Below are positions 13,981-28,330 of a stretch of 64,000 bases of DNA, piece after piece; the first letter of the stretch is position 1; the number at the start of each line of letters is the position of its first letter. Location: contig JAQGDQ010000166.1 of NCBI GenBank assembly GCA_030141605.1, positions 1-64,000 on the forward strand, read 5' to 3'. Source of the DNA: Tubiluchus corallicola (Eukaryota; Animalia; Priapulida). The notes beneath the pieces were generated by a model. It searched no databases. It was not told the DNA's origin and worked only from the letters and a program-made list of their open reading frames with translations. The position numbers and the translations under genes were made by a program.

Positions 13981-14383
13981 GTAAGTTAGGGACTAACATT
14001 ACAAGCAACAAAATAATCGAAAATGATATGTGTACATTAAGTCCAAAACTGTCTTTATAAAATCTTTACTCAAAATTTAATTATTTTAGTTAAAAATACG
14101 TTCGTGAACTGTTTACACTTTACAATATTGCTGCTAAGATCTAGGAACAGCACTTATATGTCTCATAATCAAATACTCGATATAATAGCAATTTTATATA
14201 AGTAGTTAGTATAAAAATTACTAATACTCTATATAATTCATCTAAACAGAATAGCTGCCATATTGGGCTTTTTATATACAAACATGAACTTTCAGTATAT
14301 TTCTATAATCTCTAAAAATAATTGGTGTTAACAACGTTAACAATAATAATAAAACATACAAAGATGTCACTAATGGTGTCAAT

Positions 14384-14738
14384 AACCCTTTTCACAATTC
14401 CAACGATTGATGATAATCGTGAAGAGGTCAAAGGTAAATATACCAGACAACGCATTTGTGTACACTTGACAATGCCTCGCAGCCCATACTATTGTAAAAG
14501 TAGCAGTTTTAACAGTTAGCTAGAACCTTACTTAGTTGATTTTTTTCTCGTTCACAAGCAAGATTCTGCTAGTAAATCACTTTACGCTCAGACTAATGCA
14601 TAATTAAGTAAACTCTACAGACGGCTTTGTTTTACCTACATGCCACATAATGGTTGTAGCTAAGACGCGTAGCTGTGTGGTACACTTAACCTTTGACCTG
14701 CAGCAACTGCGCATGCGCACAACAAAATTGTGAAAAGC
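14384..14738 (+). mobile_element. Family D ~360-bp MITE (copies ~24279-24660, ~42516-42878 minus, ~45403-45762, ~53426-53773)
   Basis: TIRs CTTTTCACAATT / AATTGTGAAAAG; shared GATGATCGTGAAAAGGTCAAAGG and ACCTTTGACCTGCAGCAACTGCGCATGCGC. Superfamily not assigned. Confidence 0.72.
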
Positions 14739-15143
14739 TTTTTACTTCATAAAATTACTTTGCAATAAATGCAGTGTGGCTAGCCTAGATGTGCAAGTTT
14801 CGATTTTGATATATTAGGAAATAACTAAATTTGTTTTATTTTCACATGTCTGTAAAGCTGGGAATGTAATTCAATGGACGTTTTTCCATGTTGGATCTCA
14901 TCTTCAAGATTTTTGTTCAAGAAAATGTTAAATTTTTATTGTCGTTTGTTAAAGAAAAGATCAAGCCTTCTGGAAAGTTAAGTTTATTTCAGTGTTGGGG
15001 GAAAATATTAGAAATATTTAGTAACAAAAATGTGACAAGTGCCTCGAGTAATTAGTAAAATCACTCTAAAGTCCCCTTTCCATTCATTTTTTTGCTCAAT
15101 TTTGAGTGTGGGTCATGAGTGATGTCGCATTACTTTTAAAATT

Positions 15144-15183
15144 TTCTTTCTCTCTCTCTCTCTCTTTCCCTCTCTTTCCCTCC

Positions 15184-15262
<79 letters not shown>

Positions 15263-15322
15263 CTCTTAATCTCTCCCGCTCTTCTCTCCCTTTCCCTCTC
15301 TCTCTCTCTCTCTCTCGCTCTC
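15144..15322. repeat. (CT)n microsatellite
   Basis: Direct reading. Confidence 0.95.
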
Positions 15323-15513
15323 TGTCGTTTTCTCGCTTGCTCAACTTTGACACTTTTGCACATTTCAACAATTTCTCTATAAATTTAAAAGAAAAAATCG
15401 TAGAGCAAGTGACAACATACATCAAAAATATGCACATAAACTATACATCAGCAAATAAACAGGCTGCCATAGAACAGTAAACTAGCTGACATCATTCTAG
15501 ACATTTCTACATG

Positions 15514-15702
15514 CTATAGATGAGTACTCGCTGCGGTACCGTTTACTTCATTTTCAGGGATTGGCGTAGGGGTGTAGCCCTTGATTCGTCCTGTCCCCTC
15601 GTCTTCTGTCACCAGGCTGGGATTTCGATACGTAAATTCTGGATAAACATTTTTGTCGTCCAAACGTTCCGGTTTCGGTTCTTTGTAACGGAAATGATAC
15701 AC
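15514..15702 (-). CDS. Ig-like membrane protein, coding exon 2 (cytoplasmic tail VYHFRYKEPK...AASTHL-stop)
   Basis: cttcag acceptor in phase 0 matching the 17927 donor; basic residues after the TM; total protein ~219 aa. Confidence 0.85.
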   Translation of the reverse strand: MYHFRYKEPKPERLDDKNVYPEFTYRNPSLVTEDEGTGRIKGYTPTPIPENEVNGTAASTHL

Positions 15703-16879
15703 CTGAAGTTGAAAAAGTTGTTAATAACCACCTGCTTTAATTGAATACCTATTATTGAATTCGATTAAATTATGGTTTTGAGTGGAATCCGTTGTAGCGC
15801 ATTAGACTGGATTAGATGACATCGGAATTTAGATCGGAGCAGTTTGATTGAATTGGATCAGCTCAGATCAAATATTATTAGATTTTTTTTGTTATAGCAT
15901 GCATGAAACATACGAGACATCATATCACCTAAGAAATCATTGGCAAATATTAAGATTAAGAAAATGCATTCAGTTTAGTATCCAGGCACAGTTTTGCTTA
16001 AGTTCGGTCTCTAAGGGCGCGTCAACGAATTCTTCATTTCAAAATTATCTAAAAGCAGAGAAATGGTTCTGCTGTCTTCATATTTTATCATTTTTAATTT
16101 TTTTTTGTTAAAAGGAAAAACGAGGAATTTTTAAGTACAACCCCAAGACATTTCCACAAAAAGTCATATTACTTAACATTACGCTTACCCGTTTGAAAGA
16201 CTTGTGTAATTAGATAAAAAATCTTAATAATTAATGTTTAACTGTGCAAGTTTTACACAGCGTTGCTGCTAACGCAAGCTTTACATGCAATAACACAATA
16301 ATCATGTGATATAAAATTCCAAGGCGAACATTTTATTTGTTGAAAAGTATTATTCATGCCTTTTTACAAAGCGCGTGTGCCAGATACCACCCGACTGGGA
16401 TAATTTATTGTCCCCTCCCTCCATTTGCCTTTTATGTAGGCAAAATTTTGGAATTTACTTTGTAGTATTTTTCTTTCTGGCAACACCAAATGTTTACCTT
16501 GACAACTAAGAAGTGCTGCAAACCTTCAATTCTGTCTACAGTTCTGCAAAGAGATTTTTCTAACGATCTGCTGTGAAAATTTCATATTAAATTTTGTGGA
16601 CATTCTTCATTTAGTAATATGGCGGGAACTTTAGCTATACAGGTGACTAAGCTTGAAGCTGATGAAAGTTTAGAAGATCCGGTTAGTGGCGAAGTGGATG
16701 TCTTAGAATTAAACAGTGAACATCGTTAGGCTATTATAAAATTTTCACAAGACTTGAAAAACCACGCATAAATAACATAGCATAAACAATATAGTGCAAT
16801 GGTGGAAAGCCTCTTTCTATCTTTGGTGTTTTCACATATCTCTGTCAACTTGCCACAGAACTTGATTTTGAACTAATAT

Positions 16880-17160
<281 letters not shown>

Positions 17161-17927
17161 CAAAAACAAAACTTTCATGGGGTACTTTTTCACCCCCTTA
17201 GTCTTTAGTGTAATACAATAAACCCTTGGTCGCCTAAGGGTTAAATAAAACCATTAGCATTCTAATTAAAATTTAAAGAAATCACAATATAAAAATCCAG
17301 CAAATTTAAACCAGAAACCGAAAATAACAGGAAATTAGCGAACTTAGTTCGAAAATGTTAAAATGAACAAGTCTTGAGCTTCTCCTTAGACACTTCAGCT
17401 GCCATTGTCTTAAATATCTTATGAATTCAGATTTTAGTAATTTTAATGATCCTTTGTTTGTAAGGTGCATTCGATCATCATGTAAATTGCATTAAATTGC
17501 AAATATTCGATAAGAAAGCTTAAATTTTAAAATTCATAAGCGTACTAGCCGGGGGTTGTAGCCCCTCGCCCCCCCCCGTTTCTAGCAATCACCAAATTTT
17601 TCGGCCACGATGAAAAAAAATAAAATAATATTTTCCATAAAAGGAAATCTCGAAATTTCTCGATGACGCCAAATGAGGTGCCGGAAATCCGGGCAGCATT
17701 TTTTTATCACGGGGTGGGAGTGAGGCAATCCCCGACTCGAAGCTGACTCTGCATTTATCGGGCAAAAGTGTTCAACCCCCAAACCCCCCACCCACCACCT
17801 GGAAAATTATGGTCGCCCATGGCCATATTTAGTGCAATGATGTAAAGCAAGTTTGTTCCACTCGAGCTACTGAAAAAATTCTTTCTGTGAAACTTTTACA
17901 AAGATTAAAGGGCACGTCTATACATAC

Positions 17928-18398
17928 CAAGAATATGAATATGAATAATGCCAGTGTACAAGCAGCTGCCACTGCCGCCACGATTAGCTGTGTTCTGTAT
18001 TGCTGCCACAAATCATCGTCAGTTTTTACTTTCTCCAAAAGCGCTTTCGAGTAAACAATTTTCTGAAAATCGTCCTCCGTTTTTTGCAATGAAATCAGGC
18101 AATGATAGAGTCCAAAATCGTTTTCAGTTACTTCTACAATCACTAGAGTCGTGTTTAACAAAACTTCGAAATTCCCTTCCTTATCTCCGGGATAATTAAT
18201 CATCGCCGTGGACGGATGTTGCCAAGATCCCGGATCATCTGGATCAACAGAAGCCAGACACGGAAGGAAAGCTACGTCACCTACTGAAGCACTGGCAACC
18301 CATTTTTCCACGTCCTCCATTGATGACGTCTCACATGACGTCATGCCAATGAGAATCGTCATTAGGCTGACGTAGAACATACCGTTGACCCGCATCAT
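17928..18398 (-). CDS. Single Ig-like domain type I membrane protein, coding exon 1 (signal peptide, Ig domain, TM helix)
   Basis: Hydrophobic N-terminus; Ig pattern VGDVAFLPC...W...LVIVEVTENDFGLYHC; TM LIVAAVAAACTLALFIFIFL; upstream ttgcag acceptor near 18429; donor TTG|GTATGT at 17927. Confidence 0.88.
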
Positions 18399-19444
18399 TT
18401 TCAGGGCGTCCTGCGTTAATATATTTGCTGCAAATGTCAAATAATTGGCATGAATATAAAAATGATAGAATTTATTATTGGCATATACATTACATTACAA
18501 TTGCATATATAAAACAAGACAACAACTACTTAACTATTTTGAGTTATTACATACTTGAACTAACCAATTCATCACTGCACGTAGTGGAAATACTGTGTTC
18601 AGTAATAGTTACTATGTTGTAAATCCACTCAAAATAAATAAAGTTTATATATGTGTGTATATACATATATATATATATGAAACAACAACAAAATACAAAA
18701 GTACAAAACAGAGCTATTACATTACAGCTATAGAACCAAAAACACACATAACAAATAACAAGCATATATATATAATTTTAGTATAGATACAGTTAGCGTA
18801 TCATGAAAAAAATAATAAATAATATTATCAATATTTATTTTAATATTATTTATATTATATTATATTATTTTATTAGTACTATTTACTCCTTTTTTAAAAC
18901 ACTCCAAAATGTGATGGGTGCCTATTTTGGTTATATCTCAGTCGTTACCCCCATTGTGAATTTTAGCTTTTCGTTATTGTTCAAGTTAATGAAATTGCTA
19001 TTCATGCTTGTTATATCAGAATAAAACGTTTGTCTTAGCCGGTTGTAGAAGCAGCAATAAAACAAAAAATGAATTTCCTCTTCTACTTGTTGGCTGTCAC
19101 AGTGTTGACAGATTCACAGGGACTTGAGGTTGTGGGTGCCGTCCTTTTTCTAAATGTATGTTATGAGAACTTATTCGCAGCTTCGTGAAAATGATTATTT
19201 CATATTTTTTGTAAATAAAATGTAAATAGTTTTCTTGCTATTTCGAATATATAAATTATGAAATAATAATGAAGCTGTTAATTAGTTTTGTGAGCGTGTT
19301 TGTGTGTGAAAGTCTCGATTTCAATGAAAAAATACTTTTGAAAATAAGATAGTTCTTTTCTGAGACTTCCGTAGTCATAGTCGTAAAACAAAGTGTCATT
19401 AAATCTCAAAAACTTTATTTTTCCAGAACCTTTCGTCCTTCATG

Positions 19445-20795
19445 GACTTGGTCAGCTGTGACGCAGAGATACAATAAATAATTTGCTGCTTATGTATGTC
19501 GTTCATACGTAGTTTGTACTGACTATATTTAGGACTTGGTCAGCTGTAAGGTAGAGATACAATAAATAATTTGCTGCTTATGTATGTCGTTCATACGTAG
19601 TTTGTACTGTCTATATTTAGGACTTGGTCAGCTGTGAGGCAGAGATACAATAAATAATTTGCTGCTTATGTATGTTGTTCATATGTAGTTTGTACTGTCT
19701 ATATTTAGGACTTGGTCAACTGTAAGGTAGAGACACAATAAATGATTTGCTGCTTATGTATGTTGTTCATATGTAGTTTGTACTGTCTATGCTTAGGACT
19801 TTGTCAGCTGTAAGGAGAGATACAATAAATAATTTGTTGCTTATGTATGTTGTTCATATGTAGTTTGTACTGTCTATGCTTAGGACTTGGTCAGCTGTAA
19901 GGAGAGATACAATAAATAATTTGTTGCTTATGTATGTTGTTCATATGTAGTTTGTACTGCCTATGCTTAGGACTTAGTCAGCTGTGAGGCAGAGATACAA
20001 TAAATAATTTGCTGCTTATGTATGTCGTTCATACGTAGTTTGTACTGTCTATATTTAGGACTTGGTCAGCTGTAAGGAGAGATACAATAAATAATTTGCT
20101 GCTTATGTATGTCGTTCATACGTAGTTTGTACTGTCTATGCTTAGGACTTGGTCAGCTGTAAGGAGAGATACAATAAATAATTTGTTGCTTATGTATGTC
20201 GTTCATACGTAGTTTGTACTGTCTATGCTTAGGACTTGGTCAGCTGTAAGGAGAGATACAATAAATAATTTGTTGCTTATGTATGTTGTTCATGTGTAGT
20301 TTGTACTGTCTATATTTAGAACTTGGTCAACTGTAAGGTAGAGACACAATAAATGATTTGCTGCTTATGTATGTTGTTCATATGTAGTTTGTACTGTCTA
20401 TGCTTAGGACTTTGTCAGCTGTAAGGAGAGTCATAGTCATAGTCATAGTCATAGTCATAGTCATTTATTTCACCATACACATTTACAGGTTACATATACA
20501 ATATCAGTGAAAGGGCCTACAATGGATATAATACAAATAAAAAATACTGCACAGAAAAGCCTCAAGCACTATTTACTTATACACGAATGTAAATGTGTTG
20601 TGGGCAATCAAAAAGCAGGGCTAAATAATTTGTTGCTGATGTATGTTGTTCAACTGTAGTTAGCTGTAAGGTAGAGATACAATAAATAACTTGCTGCTTA
20701 TGTATGTTGTTCATACGTAGTTTGTACTGTCTATGTTTAGGACTTGGTCAGCTGTAAGGTAGAGATACAACAAATGATTTGCTGCTTATGTATGT
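19445..20795. repeat. ~87-bp tandem satellite (~13 copies) interrupted at 20431-20620
   Basis: Unit GGACTTGGTCAGCTGTAAGGAGAGATACAATAAATAATTTGCTGCTTATGTATG...; the interruption begins with (TCATAG)n. Confidence 0.95.
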
Positions 20796-22044
20796 TTAGA
20801 ACCACAAGATTTCATTGTTGGAATTGTAATTGTTTTGTTGGCTACTGTACATGTCTTTGTTCCTAGGCACTAAAATATGAAATGTACCAAACGTTCATAT
20901 GTAAGTCATATAATCATATTTTGAGCTGCAATATAAATTAAAATATGCATAATAGTTTTTCCATCTCTGAAATGCAAGTCTTTCGCGTAGTTTCCCCATT
21001 TTGAACAGTTGTCGAATAAATTTTTAGTGTGTTTAAATTAGCATTTTTATCAACTTAAAGACGCTATACACCCATATTTGCTATCATATAATAAATTACC
21101 ATGTAATATTTGGACATATAAGACTGCTTGTGCTACAACAGGGTTAACACGGCTTTAGATTTTATTTTTCTCTTTGCGATTATGTTTCCAAATTTAATTT
21201 CAGTTGTGATTGCAGACTAAAATGAAGTTTGTTAGCTGGCATGTTTGCAATAGCTTTTTAGGCAAATTTTTCAATTTAGGATACGTCAAAGTAACAAAGC
21301 CCCCCCCCCGCACGTTACAAATTTATTATTAGGGTATATATAGTGTGGTAAGTATTGGTATACAAATAGAGTTTTCATTATTTTCAAGTGAATGTTTGCC
21401 TGTAAAAGTAATACAGACAGCAAATATCAACATCTTATTCGTTGCAAATTTATCGGTTGATGATGCCTGGAATCAGTCCTATTTTGTAGAGTGCGCAGAC
21501 TCACGTAACCATGTTTTTAGGATTTCGGTACATTATGTCTTAGTAGTATACTCTTAGACATGCTCACGGAGATCAAACAGGTTGTCTAATATACCATTGT
21601 GTGTTAATTTTGGCGTTCCCCAAGCTCCACGGAGAATGATTGTAGCAACAGGCCAGTTATAAAGCTGTAAACCTGTTTCCTCATACCTCATTTGCAGCAA
21701 GAGTTGCCCTGCTAGCACCTCTTGGAATTTGTAAGAGTAACCCTGAAAATTGTTTACATTTCTGTTTTAACCCGCAGAGTGATTCATTATAATTATACAA
21801 AGTATAATATTTATGTACATATGTTTGATTTTGTTGCTGTAAAAGAGATATTAGAGCAACATCAGCACATCATTGTTACCGAGTACTCGATTCATGATCA
21901 GAAAACTCGAGTACAATGTGTTCGAAATAACTATTATAAATTTTCTGAATTAGACGCATTTTAATTTAGTCGATTAAAATGGCAAACGAAAGTCGAATTT
22001 AGATATTTTGGGACTCTCCTTTCTAGTGTTATAATTTCACATGG

Positions 22045-22352
22045 TGCAACTTATGTACAGCTCAATGTTCAACTTATGTACAATTCAATGTTACACTTAT
22101 GTACAGTTCAATGTCCAACTTATGTACAGTTCAATGTTCAACTTATGTACAATTCAATGTTCAACTTATGTGCAATTCAATGTTCAACTTATGTACAATT
22201 CAATTCAATGTTCAACTTATGTACAGTTCAATGTTCAACTTATGTACAGTTCAATGTTCAACTTATGTACAGTTCAATGCTCAACTTATGTACAATTCAA
22301 TTCAATGTTCAACTTATGTACAGTTCAATGTTCAACTTATGAGCAATTCAAC
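22045..22352. repeat. 23-bp minisatellite
   Basis: TTCAATGTTCAACTTATGTACAG, about 13 copies. Confidence 0.95.
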
Positions 22353-24094
22353 TCAGAAGAATACAGGATGATTTTACATTCTACTTCATTTTTTATACAT
22401 GTTTTTATTTATTATTTTTTTATACATAATATGCATGGCCATTGGTCAACAGCAAAGCTGATGTAAAGACCTCTGGCAAAATTGAATCACCTCATTTTGA
22501 AGTATGGTAAAAGTGTGTATTTTAGCATGTATAATAATGCTTAGGTGAGCAGAACAAATGATGACATCACAACTGAACATAATCTCCAACACCACAAACA
22601 AACAATACACGTGTTTGCGAACTCTCTACTCATTATAGAAATGGCATATAGTCATGAAATATGTAGTTTTTTCAATTTCAATTTACTTGAATTAACATAG
22701 CAACAGTTTAACAATAGATTTCAGATGGCGTTACCTAAAACAGATATAACCAATAATGTCTCCGTTTGTCTGATAATTATGAAAGGTTGTGGCTAAAATG
22801 GTGTAAATATTTAAAAGCTTATGGTTAGTATGTTAGTAAAATAAATGGAGAGATTAGTGTAATGGTTATTTTTCCTGCACTGAGGAGTATAGCACACTTA
22901 CGAAAATTTGTAATTATGATAATATTTATTTTGCTAACAGCAGCTGATGATAATTTATGATAGACCTTCTGAAATAGACCTGAACGTAGTTCATCTTCAA
23001 TTATATTAATATCAACTTATGGAATTCAGCACCCTTAAGTATAAAATCAAAAGACGGATTAATAACATTTAAAACAGAACTAAAACACACACACACACTT
23101 ATGCTAACTCACAAAAGACATTTATATAAGAGCGATAAAGTAGAATTCATCGATAACTGGAGAATATAAAAAAACGCGTAATGCTCTAGACCCATAAATT
23201 CATTGTAATCTAAGTGTCTAAACCTTGAAAATAAGGAAAACAATGTGAATACGACTCGTACGGAATCTTACATGGTAAAAAAGTAGCAAAAAAAGTATCA
23301 AAAAGTATTAAAATTCACCAAATTTCTTAAGTCGCCGTCATGTCATTATGTAGACAAATTTGTAGATATGTAATGTAGTATTTTAATGTTTTTATTCTTA
23401 TGATTTTTAACTTAGACTAACTGACACAATTGTACACATCAGTCTGTCACTGACTGGTTCTACATTGATTTTTATGTACGATGTAATTTGTTTTACTCTG
23501 TTTTAGTGTATGATTTATGCAATAAAATATGTGATATGCATAAAGATTTAGATAGAAATTTATATAGAAGATATATATATATAAAAAGATATATAAAGAT
23601 TTGTGATATATGTATATACATATATCACAAAATATGCAATTACGGTAAAGGTACGTATATATAATAATCGCTAATGCTTACCCGATTAGGGAATCTTCTA
23701 ATTTACCATTTTAACTAGAATTTAAAATTTTGAAGATGTCTGCCACTGGGTGTTATCAATGTTTCGCTTCGACCTTCGCGTACAACGCACTGTGAGCACC
23801 TTGAGTATTCAGGTATCTGATGGCATGTTTATGTAGGTGCAGTGGAACAGCTGAATTATCTTACCTGCTGCATGTACCTTGCGTGCAATGATGTGGCGCC
23901 ATCTATCATGGGAATTTAGCGTCACATTTGTAATCTCCAGTGCCTGACTGGTTTAAAGAAAGAAGTGTTGCTGTAACAACGATGAGCACCTACCCAAAAC
24001 TAGTCAGTTTGGTTTTAGAGAAACCTTTTATTATACCTGTAACAACATGGGTAAGATGCGTATGAAGCATATATACAAGCAGACTAGAATTCAC

Positions 24095-24262
24095 TAATGA
24101 AGTGCGCTCGTCAACGCCAGGAACGGAGGTTTTGGCTCAGTGTACGGGTTCGACGCTCATTACCATGATGTGATTAACGGAATTGTTATGAGAATCTAAA
24201 GATTGTTATGAGAAAACGCAATGGCGTCTGATTTCATTACGGTTATGGACTAAAACTAAAGT
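24095..24262 (+). mobile_element. Degenerate tRNA-related SINE
   Basis: GGGTTCGACGC B-box-like motif and TAAAACTAAA tail. Confidence 0.4.
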
Positions 24263-24949
24263 CAGTAAGGTGTAATGAGCCTTTTCGCAGTTCCAGCAAT
24301 TGATGATGATCGTGAAAAGGTCAAAGGTTAAATGTACCAGACGACACATTTATGTACACTTGACAACAACTCGCAGCTCACGTTGTTATAATGGTAACTC
24401 TTTTAACAGCTAGCTAGAACCTTACCTAGTTCATTTTTTCTTGTTCCCAAACAAGATCCTGCTAGCAAGTCACTCTATACACAGACTAATGCACAATTAA
24501 GTACTCTACGTAAAGCAACACAATTTACTGAACTGTTGCGGCAGATGGCTTTGTGTTACCCTCATGTCATGTGACAGTTGTTGTTAAAACGCGTTGCTGT
24601 GGTACACTGAACCTTTGACCTACAGCAACTGCGCGTGCGCATAAGGAAATTGTGAAAAGACTCGTTATGAAAATGATTTTAGAACAACTTGTTAGAAACC
24701 AAAATGGCGTACCAAGACAAAAAACAAGGTATTGATTTTTTATCATGCATGAGACACCAGAATTGCAATTTTCACTTGCAAGCTCTCGTTACTTGTTTTT
24801 ACTAATATTATAAGAATAACCAGAAACACGTATAATTCCTAATTTAATTTATTCTAAATTTTAAATTCATTTTACAACAGGAAGTATGCAAACAAAAATG
24901 TTTTACTGATCTTACAGTCGTCAAGATTACTTTTATAAACCGTCGTTAA

Positions 24950-25530
24950 AGGAAAGGTCAAGCCTTCTGGGTTGTTAGGCTTATTTCAATTTTCTCGAGG
25001 AAAATTGGAAGGATTTAGTAACAGAAGCATGACAAACACCACGTGTAATTAATAAAATCACTTTAAAGTCACGATTATTTCATGCTTAGGTACTCCCATT
25101 TTGAACGCCCAATTATTCCACCAATGACGTCATTTGTTGACTGATAAGAAAAGTCACTGTCATTTTCACTCAAAAAATATAACTTTCTAAGTTACCTATC
25201 TAAGATACAAAAAACTGATTGGCAATTTTGTGATATTTCTACATGAACATTGAGCAAGCTGTAGGAGTGTGAATTAGTTTAAGGAGTTCAATGCACGCTT
25301 ACGAAAAGCTATGATGCGCTTACGAAAAGTCACGAAGTCTACCAATTTCGTCATAATTTTCAAGTGAATGGTTGTAACCACCGCGTCTTAAAATTTCTGC
25401 ACAACGGTAGTATGAATTCACTCTATCATTTATAGACAGTTCATTTCTACAAATTTCTTTTTTATATTTTTCTAAGTTTGAGTGATTACAGCAAAATAAA
25501 CCTAACGTGCTAAATGACTTGTCCTTTCCT
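24950..25530 (+). mobile_element. Family B element
   Basis: TIR AGGAAAGGTCAAG / CTTGTCCTTTCCT (12/13), TTAA flanks. Confidence 0.78.
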
Positions 25531-26464
25531 TTAAAACTTTGTCAAAACTAAACATCGTTTGGCTTAATCAATATTCATTTAACGCACCGCAAACTTACAA
25601 ATGATTACATTCTTATATAATATACATAGATACAATAGGATTATTAATCGTAAACTTAAAAACAAAACGGCAATAAAGGACACAAAACGGCTTGTCTTAA
25701 TAGTGCCTTCGTCATTTTCAAAATAAACGTTTGTCTTGAACTCTAGTTATTAAATGACATTATCTTTTAAACAGTTGCACAGAAATTAGCGGGTTTGCTG
25801 CTTCATATAATTTTTAGACATTGTTCTAATACTGTGTAAAACGAAACAAACATATGTAATTTTAATGTTGTAGTTATATCAAATTTTGAAGATCAGGTGT
25901 TGAATGGTACCTTTTTTAACTGCAACTTTCTCATGGAGAGAGAAATGTAAAAAATTAAGCTGTTGTAGTTCATTTACAGACACAGAATGTAAGGCGTCTA
26001 TTATTAAATAATTTATGTTTTAAGCACACACGCTAAGTTTACACTTTATCACATCCAAGAATACGACGGTACACGCTACGCACGTGGCAACTGTTACTGT
26101 TTTAGAGACAGTACTTTCTCCACCAAGCAGCAGACGCTAACGTACAGCGTGTTATCTGAGACATGTGCGCAAGGCCGCATGCGCATAACAGCCAAACACC
26201 ACGTTGCTTGTGCTGTGAAGCAAATTGTACTTCCCTCACGTGCTGTGCTTCCGTACAAGTTATAAAGAAAGTACTAAAGAAAAAAGACTTATTATATCGA
26301 ATATTATCGATACTAATGAGTGAAAACAGGGGGTGCTGCAGTTCCTCAGTGCCTATGCCCGAGGCGCCACTGCTGAAACGTGAGTTCTTACCTTTAAAGT
26401 TAATATAGATACCTGATAATTAATTATGCCTGTATTCTTATCTATGTTTTACCAATAACATAAA

Positions 26465-27875
26465 CTTGGCATAAAAGTAGCTACTATTGTCATTATACAG
26501 CATTTGAAGCATTAACTTTACCAGTACAACAAATTTACAATACCTTTGCCTGCCAATAGATACAGTTTTACATGACTTGTAAAAGTAGCTATTATTGTCA
26601 TCGTACATCATTTGAAGCGTTAACTGTACCAGTACAATAAATTTACAATACTTTTGCCTGCCAATAGATACAGTTATACATGGCTTGTAAAAGTAGCTAA
26701 TATTGTCATTGTACAGCATTTGAAGCGTTAACTGTACCAGTGCAATAAATTTACAATACTTTTGCCTGGCCGATATATATACAGTTATACATGGCTTGTA
26801 AAAGTAGCTACTATTGTCATTGTACAGCATTTGAAGCGTTAATTGCACCAGTACAACAAATTTACAATACTTTTGCCTGCCAATAGATACAGTTATACAT
26901 GGCTTGTAAAAGTAGCTATTATTGCCATCATACAGCATTTGAAGCGTTAACTGTACCAGTGCAATAAATTTACAATACTTTTGCCTGCCAATAGATACAG
27001 TTATACATGGCTTGTAAAAGTAGCTACTATTTTTATCGTACAGCATTTGAAGCATTAACTTTACCAGTACAACAAATTTACAATACCTTTGCCTGCCAAT
27101 AGATACAGTTTTACATGACTTGTAAAAGTAGCTATTATTGTCATCGTACATCATTTGAAGCGTTAACTGCACCAGTACAACAAATTTACAATACTTTTGC
27201 CTGCCAATAGATACAGTTTTACATGACTTGTAAAAGTAGCTACTATTGTCATCGTACATCATTTAAAGCGTTAACTGTACCAGTACAACAAATTTACAAT
27301 ACTTTTGCCTGCCAATAGATACAGTTTTACAGGACTTGTAAAAGTAGCTACTATTATCATTGTACAGCATTTGAAGCGTTAACTGTACCAGTGCAATAAA
27401 TTTACAATACTTTTGCCTGCCAATAGATACAGTTATACATGGCTTGTAAAAGTAGCTAATATTGTCATTGTACAGCATTTGAAGCGTTAATTGTACCAGT
27501 GCAATATATTTACAATACTTTTGCCTGCCAATAGATACAGTTATACATTGCTTGTAAAAGTAGCTACTATTTTTATCGTACAGCATTTGAAGCGTTAACT
27601 GCACCCGTACAACAAATTTACAATACTTTTGCCTGCCAATAGATACAGTTTTACATGACTTGTAAAAGTAGCTACTATTGTCATTGTACAGCATTTGAAG
27701 CGTTAACTGTACCAGTGCAATAAATTTACAATACTTTTGCTTGCCAATAGATACAGTTATACATGGCTTGTAAAAGTAGCTAATATTGTCATTGTACAGC
27801 ATTTGAAGCGTTAATTGTACCAGTGCAATATATTTACAGTTCTTTTGCGTGGCTGATATATACAGTTATACATAC
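26465..27875. repeat. 108-bp tandem satellite, ~13 copies
   Basis: Repeating TTGTAAAAGTAGCTA...CATTTGAAGCGTTAACTGTACCAGT unit; 36-aa periodicity in the minus-strand ORFs. Confidence 0.95.
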
Positions 27876-28330
27876 AAGATATAAAAGTAAATTTAGTAAT
27901 TAATCCAGGCTGTATCTATTAAGCACTTTATCTTGTTGTATGACTGGGGTATATAATACGTATAATTTAGAGCTCAATTTGATTCAAAATTAGTATAATT
28001 ACTTCACGTAAGTTTGAACTCATAACGCTTCAACAACATAAAGTTTTTTTGAGCATATAGAGCTAATTTTGACCGTTTACTTTATTTTACTTGAGCAATA
28101 GTTGCATGGAAAGTTCTGGCTGCACATCATGTTTCGTTAGCAAACCGCTTTTACGACATTATCTTCTGCAAATGTTGTGCTGTATGAACATTATGTTCCA
28201 CTGGCGTTATTGTTTGAGGTGACGTTATGTTTAACTACGCATGGAGGTTCGGTATCTTGTTTATGTTAAACTGCTTACAGTGGTTCAGTATGCTCCATTA
28301 ACAAATTGTTTTCTGCGACTTCATGTTCCA

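Noticed and set aside
16619-16690. Plus-strand ATG with a donor-like GTTAGT inside the Ig gene intron
   Set aside because: No downstream compatible exons or recognisable homology.
19445-22352. Tandem arrays as possible CRISPR arrays
   Set aside because: Units repeat head-to-tail with no unique spacers; no cas genes; eukaryotic context.
22041-22466. Overlapping Cys/Met-rich ORFs
   Set aside because: Produced by the 23-bp minisatellite.
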